In this document: piece after piece, positions 17,284-26,162 of the stretch | Layout: every line of letters starts with the position of its first letter | Position numbering within the stretch: the stretch's first letter is position 1 | Made by a program: the position numbers and the translations under genes | The notes under the pieces: model-generated | Told to the model about the DNA's origin: nothing | The model's input: the letters and a program-made list of their open reading frames with translations, nothing else | Databases searched by the model: none | Source of the DNA: a virus | Taxonomy: Duplodnaviria > Caudoviricetes | Virus record (IMG/VR): IMGVR_UViG_3300033232_000040 | Span: 1-38,424 of that record | Reading direction: 5' to 3' (one strand) | Length of the DNA stretch: 38,424 nt

Positions 17284-17620
17284 CAACAAGCAAACCGCCG
17301 CCACCAGCTACAACTGCGCGTCCCAGCAGCGCCTGCTGTTCGTGCAGAGCGCGCTGGCCGGGCACGAAGTCAACGGCCTCAGCCTGACCGAGATCGTAAA
17401 GGCTCTGGAATCACGCATGGGCGGCAACCAGAAAAACAACGTCTTCCGCGACCTGCACAACCTCAAGCTCGCCGGCTACGCCGAGCAGCTGCCAGACAGC
17501 GAACGCTGGCGGCTCGGGGCGCGCGTCGTGCAAACCGCCCTGGACCACCTCCGGGGCATGGAGCGAGCGACCGCTCGCCTGGAAGAAACCCGGCAGCGCT
17601 ACAGCCGCCAAGCCAATTAA
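17276..17620 (+). CDS. IclR-like winged HTH protein
   Basis: ALAGHEVNGLS...RDLHNLKLAGYAEQ...RWRLG. Confidence 0.7.
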   Translation: MSDNKQTAATSYNCASQQRLLFVQSALAGHEVNGLSLTEIVKALESRMGGNQKNNVFRDLHNLKLAGYAEQLPDSERWRLGARVVQTALDHLRGMERATARLEETRQRYSRQAN

Positions 17621-17635
17621 CCCATAGGAGATCAC

Positions 17636-18610
17636 ATGTCACGCATACCCCACCAGCCCGCAGAACTCGGCGATACCGCAGGCCCGATGCCGGCAGGACA
17701 CGCCATCACCATTGCGGGCGAACAGGAAACCGCAGACATCGAGAGCGAGATGGCCTTCAAGGCTGCGGAGGCCATCGGCATGCTCAAAGCGCTTGAGTTT
17801 TCGGAAACGGTTTCCGCTCGCGCAAAGGTAGAAGTATTCCTGAATCTCGGAAAATCAAAGGCATACAAGGCGATCTTTGTCACAGACGATGCCGGAAATC
17901 GGAAACGCATTTCCGATTTGGATGAATTCTGCGAGCGCTTCATCGGGAAGTCCGCCCGGCGCATGAGGCAGCAGGCCGCGAGCTACCACTTGCTCGGTGG
18001 CGACTTGTTCGAGGCGTCTCAGCGGATTGGCTTCAGGCAACAGGATTACGACACCCTCAAAGCCCTGCCCGCCGACGACCAGGAAATTATCAAGCAGGCG
18101 ATGCAGGCCGAAGACCGCGCCCAGGTGATCGACCTGATTCAGGAAATGGCCGTCCGCCACGCCAGCGAGAAGGCCGCACTGAAGACACAGGCCAGCGAAG
18201 CCGAGGAAACCGCCGCCGCCCGCGACGACGTGATCAAGGCCAAGGAAGCGACGATCTCAAAGCTGGAGCTCCGCGCCACCAGCGCAGAGCGCCGCCATGC
18301 CGACTTCACCGATATCGACGAGGCCGGCTACGAATGCGCGCCGTTGCATCAGGCGGTGGCCGACACCATCGTTGGGTTGAAGAAAATCGAGCGGGAAGTG
18401 GCGCGCCTGATGCACGAGGTGGGCGGCGACATCGTGATGGAGGAGTGCGTGACGGCGGTGCTGGTTGCCGCCCGCCGCGCGGTCGAGATCAACCGCGAAT
18501 ACCGGCTCGGCATCCCTGACGCCACGATGCTTGACATCATCGACGAGGACGAGCGCCAGGCCATTGAATTACGCGCCCTCGGCCTGACACCAGCGGTGGC
18601 GATTCAGTAA
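17636..18610 (+). CDS. DUF3102-like protein upstream of transposase
   Basis: 324 aa, helical. Position and DEFCERFIGKS...LKALPADDQ motifs resemble B3/BcepMu-type early genes. Confidence 0.6.
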   Translation: MSRIPHQPAELGDTAGPMPAGHAITIAGEQETADIESEMAFKAAEAIGMLKALEFSETVSARAKVEVFLNLGKSKAYKAIFVTDDAGNRKRISDLDEFCERFIGKSARRMRQQAASYHLLGGDLFEASQRIGFRQQDYDTLKALPADDQEIIKQAMQAEDRAQVIDLIQEMAVRHASEKAALKTQASEAEETAAARDDVIKAKEATISKLELRATSAERRHADFTDIDEAGYECAPLHQAVADTIVGLKKIEREVARLMHEVGGDIVMEECVTAVLVAARRAVEINREYRLGIPDATMLDIIDEDERQAIELRALGLTPAVAIQ

Positions 18611-18624
18611 GCAGCCCATGCCCC

Positions 18625-20472
18625 ATGTTCCCCGCAACCCTCAACGCTAAGGCTGTCTTTATGGCTGTTTCGCTCACTCCCGACCAAGTGCTGGCCCTGC
18701 GGTCGCTGTGCGCCGATTTGGCGACGGCGGCCAAGGGCGGCAAGGCTGACCTGAAGCAGCGCATGGCGCAGCAGTTGAACTGCAGCCTGGCGACGCTGCA
18801 CCGCTATCTGAAGGCGGTGGGCTACACGGACGGCCGCAAGCCGCGCTGCGACAAGGGCAGCAGCATGCTGGGCGTGGCCGATGCGCACATGCTGTCCGGC
18901 GCGCTGGTGGCGGGCACGCGGCAGAACGGCAAGCGTAATTGCAGCCTGGACGACGCCCGCGAGCTGATGGCGGCGAACGGCAAGCTGGACGGCCTGGCCG
19001 ACACCGACACCGGCGAGATCCGCAGCGTGTCGGCCTCGACCATTTCGCGGGTACTGAAGCGCCACGGCCTGCACCCGGACCAGATCGCCGCGCCGACGCC
19101 GCACATGCCGATGCGCTACCCGCACCCCAACCACACCTGGCAGATCGACGCCTCGGTGTGCGTGGTGTTCTACCTGGCGGACGGCGGCGCGCAGCTGCTG
19201 GACCAGAGCCGCTTCTACAAGAACAAGCCGGAGCAGCTGAAAAGCATCGAGCAGCAGCGCGTGATCCGCTTCGTGTGCTGGGACGGCTGTTCGGGCGCGG
19301 TGATGGTGCGCTACTACCTGGGCGAGGAATCCGCCGAGAACCTGATCGACTTCTTCATTTGGTGCGTGCAGCAGCGCACCCATCGCGGCCAGCCGATGCC
19401 GTTCTACGGGGTGCCGAAGATCCTGCACACCGACCAGGGATCGGCCAACCGCTCGCACCTGTTCGGCGCGCTGCTGCAGGCGCTGGACGTGCGGCTGATC
19501 ACCCACATGCCGGGCAACTCGCGCGCCACCGGCGGGGCCGAAAGCACGCAGAACATCGTTGAAACGAAGTTCGAGCACAAGCTGGCGTTCTGCCGCACCA
19601 GCGACCTCGACGACCTCAACGCCAAGGCGGCGGACTGGATGCACGCCTTCAACTCCAGCCGCCCGCATGGCCGCCACGGCCATGTGCGCTACGGCCTGTG
19701 GTGCACGATCCGCGCCGAGCACCTGCGCGTGCCGCCGGCCGAAGACATCCTGCGCACGCTGCCCACCAGCCGCATCGAAACCCGCGTGGTGGAAGGCGAC
19801 CTCAGCATCGGCTACGCCCCGGCCCGCCTCAAGGGCGCGCGCTACGACGTGGCCGCCGTGCCGGGCGTGTGGGTGGGGGCCACGGTGGAAGTGAGCCTGA
19901 ACCCCTACGAGCGCAGCGAAAACGGCATCCAGTACGTGCGGGTGCGGGCGCTGGATACCGGCGAGGACACCTGGACATCCTGCGCGCCGCTGTCGATCGG
20001 CCTGGACGGCACCCGCACCGACGCGCCCGAGTTCGGCAGCGAATTCGCCAGCATGGGCGACACGCTGGTGGACACCAACCGCAAGGCACTGCTGAAAACC
20101 ACCTACGACGCCGACACCCTGGGCGAAGCCAAGAAACGCAAGTTCGGCAAGACCCCGGCCTTCATGGGCGAGCTGGATGCCTTCGCGCCCGAGGCGCGGG
20201 TCAATCTGCCGAGCTACCTGCCCAAGCGCGGCACCCAGCTCAACGTGCCCAGCCCGGTGCAGGTCGAGATGAAGCCCTACACCCACCTGGAAACCATGAA
20301 GTGGGTGGTGGGCCGCATCGGGCGCGGCATCACGGCGGAAGAGAACGCCTGGGTGCGCGCCACCTGGCCGCAGGGCGTGCCGCAGGACGAGCTGGAGAAG
20401 GTGTTGACCAGGCTGCAGGGGCTGGAAGAAACCGCGCCGGTGGCGGCAGCAGGTGGCTTGAGACTGATTTAA
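18625..20472 (+). CDS. DDE transposase (MuA/B3-type)
   Basis: HPNHTWQIDAS (D), LHTDQGS (D) and NSRATGGAES (E). N-terminal HTH with RKPRCDKG. Start may be 18661. Confidence 0.93.
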   Translation: MFPATLNAKAVFMAVSLTPDQVLALRSLCADLATAAKGGKADLKQRMAQQLNCSLATLHRYLKAVGYTDGRKPRCDKGSSMLGVADAHMLSGALVAGTRQNGKRNCSLDDARELMAANGKLDGLADTDTGEIRSVSASTISRVLKRHGLHPDQIAAPTPHMPMRYPHPNHTWQIDASVCVVFYLADGGAQLLDQSRFYKNKPEQLKSIEQQRVIRFVCWDGCSGAVMVRYYLGEESAENLIDFFIWCVQQRTHRGQPMPFYGVPKILHTDQGSANRSHLFGALLQALDVRLITHMPGNSRATGGAESTQNIVETKFEHKLAFCRTSDLDDLNAKAADWMHAFNSSRPHGRHGHVRYGLWCTIRAEHLRVPPAEDILRTLPTSRIETRVVEGDLSIGYAPARLKGARYDVAAVPGVWVGATVEVSLNPYERSENGIQYVRVRALDTGEDTWTSCAPLSIGLDGTRTDAPEFGSEFASMGDTLVDTNRKALLKTTYDADTLGEAKKRKFGKTPAFMGELDAFAPEARVNLPSYLPKRGTQLNVPSPVQVEMKPYTHLETMKWVVGRIGRGITAEENAWVRATWPQGVPQDELEKVLTRLQGLEETAPVAAAGGLRLI

Positions 20473-20507
20473 GTAAAAACGGCGCCCTGCTTCAACAGGA
20501 CGCCGCT

Positions 20508-20536
20508 TGCTACAGCCCGGAAGAGGGGCTTTTTTG
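20508..20536 (+). terminator. Intrinsic terminator-like hairpin between transposase and ATPase
   Basis: AGCCC-GGAAGAG-GGGCT then TTTTT, preceded by a second hairpin CGGCGCCCTG/CAGGACGCCG (20480-20505). Confidence 0.55.
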
Positions 20537-20601
20537 TCGAACTTTTTAAGGAGAAACGACCGTGAAACTTTACCACAACCCACCTTGCATCGGAGGCCGT
20601 C

Positions 20602-21843
20602 ATGCCGAGACTCGCCTGCAAGGTTGACCTGGAGCTGCACATGCCGCTGAAGCTGAAAGGGATTTTGATGGACTACGGCATCAGCCAGCGCGATTTCGCC
20701 ACGGCGGTTCGGCAGGCCAATAGCTACGTCAAGGGCAAGCCGCTGTCGCTGACCGCCGCTGCCGATATCGTCCAGCACAATCGCTGGCCGGCACTTACGC
20801 CGCGCCCCGAGATCGTGAGCCAGACCAGCGAATTGCTGCGCGCCAACGGCGTGCCCGAAGCGCTGATCGAGTCTGCGTTCGAGCTCGATCCCGAAGACAC
20901 CCACCACGCCCGCCACCCCAAGGGATGCCACACCGGCCAGCACAGCCGCGCGCATCAGCCCGACATCGATCCTGTGGAAACCGAAATGCTCACACCCCAA
21001 GCCAAAAAACAATTCAACCTGTTCCGCGACCCCTTCACCGACGACGTGCAAGGGCCCGAAGACGTGTTCCTCAGCGCCGACCAGCGCTACATCCGCGAGG
21101 TGCTGTTTGCCACCGCGCGCCACGGCGGCTTTGTGGCGGTGGCGGGCGAATCCGGCAGCGGCAAGACGACGCTTCGCCGCGACATGCTCGACCGCATCCA
21201 GCGCGAGGCGCTGCCGGTGGTGGCGGTACAGCCGCGCTGCATTGACAAGGGCGTGCTGACGGCCGGTGCCATTTGCCACGCGATCATCGACGACCTCAAC
21301 CCCGGCGCCAAGGTGCCGCGCAGCCTGGAAGCGCAGGCCCGCGCGGTGGAGCGCGTGCTCACCGAATCGAGCCGCGCCGGCAACAGCCATGTGCTGATCA
21401 TCGAAGAGGCGCACGACCTGAACATCCAGACGCTGAAGTACCTGAAGCGCTTCTGGGAACTGGAAGACGGCTTCAAGAAGCTGCTCGGCATCATCCTCAT
21501 CGGTCAGCCCGAGCTGAAGGACAAGCTGGACGAGCGCCGCAACTTCGCTGCCCGCGAGGTGATCCGCCGCTGCGAGATCGCCGAGCTGATGCCGCTGGAC
21601 AACGTGCTGGAGGACTACCTGCAGCTGAAGTTCAAGCGCGTGGGCGTGGACTTCGACGCCATCTTTGCCAAGGATGCCATCGACGGCATTCGTAGCCGCC
21701 TCACCCGCCAGGGCAAGACCCCCCGCGATACCACGAGCATGGTCTACCCGCTGACGGTGAACCGCCTGGTGGTGCGTGCCCTCAACCAGGCCGCCGAACT
21801 GGGCGAGCCGCGCGTCAATGCCGAAATCGTGAAGGAGCTTTGA
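20602..21843 (+). CDS. Transposition AAA+ ATPase (MuB functional analogue, ExeA-like) with N-terminal HTH
   Basis: Walker A GESGSGKT, Walker B LIIEEAH, ILIGQPEL. Confidence 0.92.
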   Translation: MPRLACKVDLELHMPLKLKGILMDYGISQRDFATAVRQANSYVKGKPLSLTAAADIVQHNRWPALTPRPEIVSQTSELLRANGVPEALIESAFELDPEDTHHARHPKGCHTGQHSRAHQPDIDPVETEMLTPQAKKQFNLFRDPFTDDVQGPEDVFLSADQRYIREVLFATARHGGFVAVAGESGSGKTTLRRDMLDRIQREALPVVAVQPRCIDKGVLTAGAICHAIIDDLNPGAKVPRSLEAQARAVERVLTESSRAGNSHVLIIEEAHDLNIQTLKYLKRFWELEDGFKKLLGIILIGQPELKDKLDERRNFAAREVIRRCEIAELMPLDNVLEDYLQLKFKRVGVDFDAIFAKDAIDGIRSRLTRQGKTPRDTTSMVYPLTVNRLVVRALNQAAELGEPRVNAEIVKEL

Positions 21844-21845
21844 AC

Positions 21846-22187
21846 ATGTCCGGACTGAACCTTGCACTCATCCTGGGCCGCGATGACACCCCCGCCGTGT
21901 TCACCCGCCGCCGCTTTTCCGACCCGGTCTCAGACCTTAACGCCACGGTGCACGACAAGGCGCGCCTGCTGGCCGAGACGGTTGAAATGATCGACCGGCT
22001 GGGCCTGCAGATCGTTTCGGTGGAAGCCGACAACGCCCGCAACAGCCGCGTGCTGGTGATTCACGACCCCGAGCGGTGCGCCGCGCTGGGCGGGGTGGAA
22101 GTGGGGCGCACCGCCGGCTACAGCCACTGGTGCGCCACCCGCTTCGGGGTGGAAATCCGCTGGTGCATCCCGATGGAGGCCGCATGA
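21846..22187 (+). CDS. Hypothetical protein
   Basis: Tightly packed in the early operon. Confidence 0.65.
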   Translation: MSGLNLALILGRDDTPAVFTRRRFSDPVSDLNATVHDKARLLAETVEMIDRLGLQIVSVEADNARNSRVLVIHDPERCAALGGVEVGRTAGYSHWCATRFGVEIRWCIPMEAA

Positions 22188-22669
22188 TGATCAAGATCCC
22201 GGAATACATGCGTTCGTTGGATAGAACGTTCAATTGCAGCGGCCTGAATGGTGGCAAAACGGTGAGCGTCGGTTTGGGGCCACAGGTATCGCTTCCTGGC
22301 GGTGACCATTACTACGTTTCGCTCAGGGTGAGCGGCAATGAACCTGTATTTGGCGCGGCCCTATCTCTCGATGATGCACACAAACTCGGCGAGCACCTGG
22401 ACCTGCTGTCCGCAATTGGCATGGGCGAAACGATTCTGGAAAGCCCGCCCCCTCCCAAGACTTACCCCCTCACCCAGCCAGAGCTGGCGCAGCTGGCCGA
22501 CGCGATCGCGCTGCTGGACTGGGTCAAGAACCGCCTGCCCGACGAATGCCCGGAAAAGAGCGAAGCAGCCGGCGTGTCGGCCCGCTGCCATGCCCTGATC
22601 GAAACCCTGCTGGGCGACGACGCCAAGAGCGTCTACGGCCCGGCCGAAACCGAGGAGACACCCGCATGA
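22184..22669 (+). CDS. Hypothetical protein
   Basis: ATGA overlaps at both ends, GGAGG RBS. Confidence 0.6.
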   Translation: MMIKIPEYMRSLDRTFNCSGLNGGKTVSVGLGPQVSLPGGDHYYVSLRVSGNEPVFGAALSLDDAHKLGEHLDLLSAIGMGETILESPPPPKTYPLTQPELAQLADAIALLDWVKNRLPDECPEKSEAAGVSARCHALIETLLGDDAKSVYGPAETEETPA

Positions 22670-22839
22670 CCACCGAAGCCCAGCCGATCTACCTGATCGA
22701 CAACCACGCCAACCTCCACATCCAGGCCGGCGACCAGCGCCTGGTGCTGCCGCCTGCCGGCGCGCTCGAGCTGCTGAAGTTCCTGGAGCGCACCCAGTTC
22801 ACCCAGAACGTCAATGTCGCCAAGGGGAATGCACAATGA
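22666..22839 (+). CDS. Small hypothetical protein
   Basis: GAGGAG RBS, begins MTTEAQPIYL, ATGA overlaps. Confidence 0.6.
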   Translation: MTTEAQPIYLIDNHANLHIQAGDQRLVLPPAGALELLKFLERTQFTQNVNVAKGNAQ

Positions 22840-23417
22840 CCATCCAGCACAAATCCCTGAAGCACGAGATCCTGTTCGTGCTCGGCCGCGCCAGCGGCCC
22901 GCTGGACAGCGCGGAAATCTACGAACGCTGCGAGCTGGCCGAGGAGATCAAGCGCGTGAGCGATGCGCTGTGGATTCTGCGCAATGAAGGCAAGATCGCG
23001 TTCGCCGAAGGCGAAGGCCGCAAGCGCTACGTACTGGCCGACGGCGTGACCGCCCCGGCACCGGCCGGCAAGGCGGGGCGGACGGCCAACGCCGCACCCG
23101 CTGCCACTACGACGACGCCCGACCATATTCCCCAGGCGGGAAAAATGGCCGAGACCACCAAGGCAACAATTCAGCAAACAGTCACCGTGCAGCCCGGTGC
23201 GGACGCGGGCAAGTTGGCCGACGCCATGCTTGCCACGGTGCGCAAGCAGCTGACGCGCCCCGCCAGCGCCGTGCAGCATGCCCGCTGGTGGATCGACCAG
23301 GACGGCGCGGTCGAGATCGCCCACCCAGGTGCCGACAGCACCATCACCCTCAGCGCCGACCAGGCCGCACGCCTGGCCGAGATGGTGCTGGCGGCGCACA
23401 CGGTGCTGGAGCTATGA
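22836..23417 (+). CDS. Hypothetical protein with winged-HTH-like N-terminus
   Basis: EILFVLGRASGPLDSAEIYE...VSDALWILRNEGKI...RYVL. Confidence 0.65.
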   Translation: MTIQHKSLKHEILFVLGRASGPLDSAEIYERCELAEEIKRVSDALWILRNEGKIAFAEGEGRKRYVLADGVTAPAPAGKAGRTANAAPAATTTTPDHIPQAGKMAETTKATIQQTVTVQPGADAGKLADAMLATVRKQLTRPASAVQHARWWIDQDGAVEIAHPGADSTITLSADQAARLAEMVLAAHTVLEL

Positions 23418-23614
23418 GCGGCATCGACAACGCCAAGCAGGTGATGGGCTGGAAGCACCCGAACGGGCGCGCCGGCTGCGGCAACTGCAAGTTCGCGCCG
23501 GTCACGGGGACCGCCGCCAAGGCCGACCCGCGCTGGTGCGGCAAGGGCGGTTTCCTCACCCCGCGCTTTGCCATCTGCGACAACTGGACCGATGCCGTGG
23601 GGGTGCGCGGATGA
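23414..23614 (+). CDS. Small Cys-rich protein
   Basis: CGNC...C...CDNW, coupled overlaps. Confidence 0.6.
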   Translation: MSGIDNAKQVMGWKHPNGRAGCGNCKFAPVTGTAAKADPRWCGKGGFLTPRFAICDNWTDAVGVRG

Positions 23615-23787
23615 GCTGCGTCAACAACATCCGCGTCACCGACGCGATCGCCAAGAACGTCGGCAGCCGCTGGTGCAGCAGCTGCCAGATGGACAAGCCA
23701 GAGCCGGGGTTCAAGAAGCTCGGCGCCCGCTGGGTTTGCCCCGGCTGCCAGGCGCGGCGCAGGCCCGGTTCGAAGGCGGCATCATGA
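23611..23787 (+). CDS. Small zinc-ribbon protein
   Basis: CSSC...CPGC. Confidence 0.6.
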   Translation: MSCVNNIRVTDAIAKNVGSRWCSSCQMDKPEPGFKKLGARWVCPGCQARRRPGSKAAS

Positions 23788-24329
23788 AGCTCGTCTGCCC
23801 TGCATGCGGTTCCGTCAACAGCCTCGACAGCCTGGTGGGCCACGACGGCGCGCGCGCGGCGCTGGCCGAGCTGGCGAAGCTGTCCGGCCCGCTGGCCAGC
23901 GCGGTGGTGCGCTACCTGGCGCTGTTCCGCCCCGCCAAGCGCCAGCTCAGCCTGGACCGCATGGCCAGCCTGCTGGCCGAACTCAACCCGATGATCATGG
24001 AGGCGCGCATCGAGCGCAGCGGCCGCAACTACGCCGCGCCGCGCGAGGTGTGGGTGGGCGCGATCGACAGCATTCTGGCCAGCCGCGACCGCCTCACGCT
24101 GCCGCTGAAATCGCACGGCTACCTGCTCGAAATCATCATCGGCCAGATCCACAAGGCCGAGATGGCGGCGGAGACCAAGCGCGAAGCCGGCCGCGCCGGA
24201 CACACCCAGGTGGGCGGCAACGCGCCCAAGCCCGCCGCGCCGGAACCCGAGCAGCCCCGCGCCAGCCGCGAAACCATCGCCAAGACCCTGGCCGCAGCCA
24301 AGGCCATCACCAAAGGAAACGCCCAGTGA
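23784..24329 (+). CDS. Conserved Mu-like phage protein (CPACG N-terminus)
   Basis: MKLVCPACG...YLALFRPAKRQLS...LPLKSHGYLLEII. Confidence 0.75.
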   Translation: MKLVCPACGSVNSLDSLVGHDGARAALAELAKLSGPLASAVVRYLALFRPAKRQLSLDRMASLLAELNPMIMEARIERSGRNYAAPREVWVGAIDSILASRDRLTLPLKSHGYLLEIIIGQIHKAEMAAETKREAGRAGHTQVGGNAPKPAAPEPEQPRASRETIAKTLAAAKAITKGNAQ

Positions 24330-24643
24330 AAACCAAGCACGACCTGTTCTCCGCCCTGGCGCCGCGTGTCGGCGCGCACAACGGCGTCTCGGTGGATGCG
24401 CTCGCCCGCCAGCTCGGCTCCACCCCGCGCCACGTGCGCACCCTGGTGAGCGACTTGCGCATGGAAGGCATCGCCGTGTGCGGCACGCCGAAGAGCGGCT
24501 ATTACATCGCCGCCACCCCCGAGGAAATGGAGGAAACCTGCCAGTTCCTGCGCCACCGCGCCATGCACAGCCTGCAGCTGGAAAGCCGGCTGCGCAACAT
24601 CCCGATGCCCGACCTGCTCGGGCAACTTCACCTCAATACCTGA
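24326..24643 (+). CDS. HTH domain protein
   Basis: GTG start. LARQLGSTPRHVRTLVSDLRMEGIAVCGTPKSGYYIA. Confidence 0.75.
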   Translation: MKTKHDLFSALAPRVGAHNGVSVDALARQLGSTPRHVRTLVSDLRMEGIAVCGTPKSGYYIAATPEEMEETCQFLRHRAMHSLQLESRLRNIPMPDLLGQLHLNT

Positions 24644-24657
24644 AAGGACGCACCACC

Positions 24658-25173
24658 GTGGCAAAAGCAAACCGACTCAAACTCCAGGCCGAAGCCTATG
24701 TGCCGCAGACGCTGGACGACTGCGCCGCCGACATCCGCACCATCGGCGACCTCAACCGCCAGCTGCTGCGCGGCCAGCACGACATGAACGACGAAATCGC
24801 CGCCGTCACCGAGCGCTACCAGCCGCTGCTGGAAACCCTGAAGGAGCAGATCAAGCCCCTGCAGGCGGGCGTGCAGGTGTGGTGCGAAGCCAATCGCCAC
24901 GACCTCACGCGCGGCGGCAAGACCAAAACCGCCAACTTCGTCACCGGCGAAGTGCAGTGGCGGCAGCGCCCGCCGAGCGTCAGCGTGCGCGGGGTGGACC
25001 TGGTGCTGGAAACGCTGGCGCGGCTGGGGCTGGGCCGCTTCATCCGCACCAAGGCAGAAATCAACAAGGACGCCATTCTCGCCGAGCCGGAAGCGGTGCA
25101 GGGCGTAGTGGGCATCAACGTGGTGACCGGCGTCGAGGACTTTGTGATCACGCCATTCGAAATCGCCAACTGA
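24658..25173 (+). CDS. gam: Host-nuclease inhibitor Gam
   Basis: WCEANRHDLTRGGKTKTANFVTGEVQWRQRPPSV...EINKDAIL...GVEDFVITPFE. Confidence 0.92.
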   Translation: MAKANRLKLQAEAYVPQTLDDCAADIRTIGDLNRQLLRGQHDMNDEIAAVTERYQPLLETLKEQIKPLQAGVQVWCEANRHDLTRGGKTKTANFVTGEVQWRQRPPSVSVRGVDLVLETLARLGLGRFIRTKAEINKDAILAEPEAVQGVVGINVVTGVEDFVITPFEIAN

Positions 25174-25305
25174 GCACATAGGCACCGCAGGAAGCGGTCG
25201 GGATGTAACCGCTCCAGACGCCCCGGAAAAAGCAAAGATCCGCCAGCCGCAAGGCAAAAGGATGCCGTGAAGCGTCACCCCCTCACTCTCAAAAAGGACC
25301 GCACC

Positions 25306-25599
25306 ATGAACAAAGCTGAACTCATCAACGAAATCGCCGCCCGCAGCAGCGACCACCATTCCGCCGGCGTTTCCAAGGTCGTCGTCACCGCCGTGCTGGA
25401 TACCCTGGCCGGCGTGGTCCACAAGCAGCTGGTGGGGCCGGGCAGCGAGATCATCGTCCCCGGCCTGGGCAAGTTCACCGTCAAGGCCCGCGCCGCCCGC
25501 ACCGGCCGCAACCCGGCCACCGGCGTCGAGATCGAGATCCCGGCGAAGAACGTGCCTCACTTTTCCGCCGGCGCAGCGCTGAAGAACGCGGTGGAGTAG
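25306..25599 (+). CDS. HU-family DNA-binding protein
   Basis: MNKAELI...GLGKFTVKARAARTGRNPATGVEIEIPA...FSAGAALKNAV. Confidence 0.95.
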   Translation: MNKAELINEIAARSSDHHSAGVSKVVVTAVLDTLAGVVHKQLVGPGSEIIVPGLGKFTVKARAARTGRNPATGVEIEIPAKNVPHFSAGAALKNAVE

Positions 25600-25661
25600 G
25601 CATGTTGACGTGCGCCCTGGTTTCGGTTCACCATATGCCTGTCGCGGGTTTTCCTGCGGCA

Positions 25662-25712
25662 CGGGATTGGAGTCCCGGAATCGAGGCGCACAGCCGCCAT
25701 GCGGCTTTTTTT
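25662..25712 (+). promoter_or_regulatory. C4 upstream target (a1/b1-like) and terminator
   Basis: Hairpin CGGGA-TTGGAG-TCCCG and TCGAGG (25681-86), both complementary to C4 loops. Followed by AGCCGC-CAT-GCGGCT and a T7 run. Confidence 0.7.
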
Positions 25713-25738
25713 GTGCGTTTGCATGGCTCTCCCTCTAT

Positions 25739-25811
25739 GGGCGGGCCGTGCGGGGAGCCGCAAGGCTCGCCGGTTCCTCGATCCGGTACTCCAACCCGTA
25801 CGGTTCCGCCC
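25739..25811 (+). ncRNA. C4/CI-type antisense RNA (P1 c4 / P4 CI family)
   Basis: Closing stem GGGCGGGCCGTGCGGG / CCCGTACGGTTCCGCCC, hairpin GAGCC-GCAA-GGCTC, hairpin CCGG-TTCCTCGAT-CCGG, single-stranded ACTCCAA. The overlapping frame shows the ash-family signature SMGGPCGEPQGSPVP. Confidence 0.82.
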
Positions 25812-25860
25812 ACCCTGATTGGAGTCCGGGTGGCGGATATTCAAACCGCACTCGAGGAGT
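25806..25860 (+). promoter_or_regulatory. C4 downstream target (a2/b2-like) overlapping RBS
   Basis: TTGGAGT (25819-25) in a hairpin loop. TCGAGG (25852-57) overlaps the GAGGAG Shine-Dalgarno of 25866. Confidence 0.75.
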
Positions 25861-25865
25861 CCGTC

Positions 25866-26162
25866 ATGCCCAAAACAGCGATCCGTCGCGCCCCCAAGAA
25901 ATCATCCCCCCCTAATTTGCGCCTGCTGCCTACGCCGCCCGCGCCTATTCCCCATTGCCGGGACGTGGCCGATGGCCTCACGACCCTGAAGAACGAAGCC
26001 CTGCACGGCATGCACGTCGGCGCGCTGCTGATCCTGATGCACCCGGACGGCAAAAGCACCTGGGCCGCCTACGGCACCCTGGGCGAGCAAGACAACGCGA
26101 CCGCGATGGCCTCCAGCAGCCTGACCGCCGCCGTTTATAAATCCTGCTGGAAAGGAGCATGA
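25866..26162 (+). CDS. Hypothetical protein under C4 control (icd position)
   Basis: GAGGAG RBS, ATGA overlap with the rha-like gene, similar to 15029..15283. Confidence 0.65.
   Translation: MPKTAIRRAPKKSSPPNLRLLPTPPAPIPHCRDVADGLTTLKNEALHGMHVGALLILMHPDGKSTWAAYGTLGEQDNATAMASSSLTAAVYKSCWKGA

Noticed and set aside
18604-21867. 1087-aa minus-strand ORF
   Set aside because: Antisense shadow of transposase and ATPase in GC-rich DNA, with no motifs. The same applies to 9140..10690, 6350..7663, 12433..13440 and 31492..32877.
25180-25270. Twister or hammerhead ribozyme
   Set aside because: Only superficial similarity. The conserved cores and pseudoknots could not be placed.
25602-25865. Ash-family protein N-terminus of the 186-aa ORF
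   Set aside because: The signature coincides with the C4 RNA structure and crosses a terminator, and the good RBS is at 25866. Not fully excluded.
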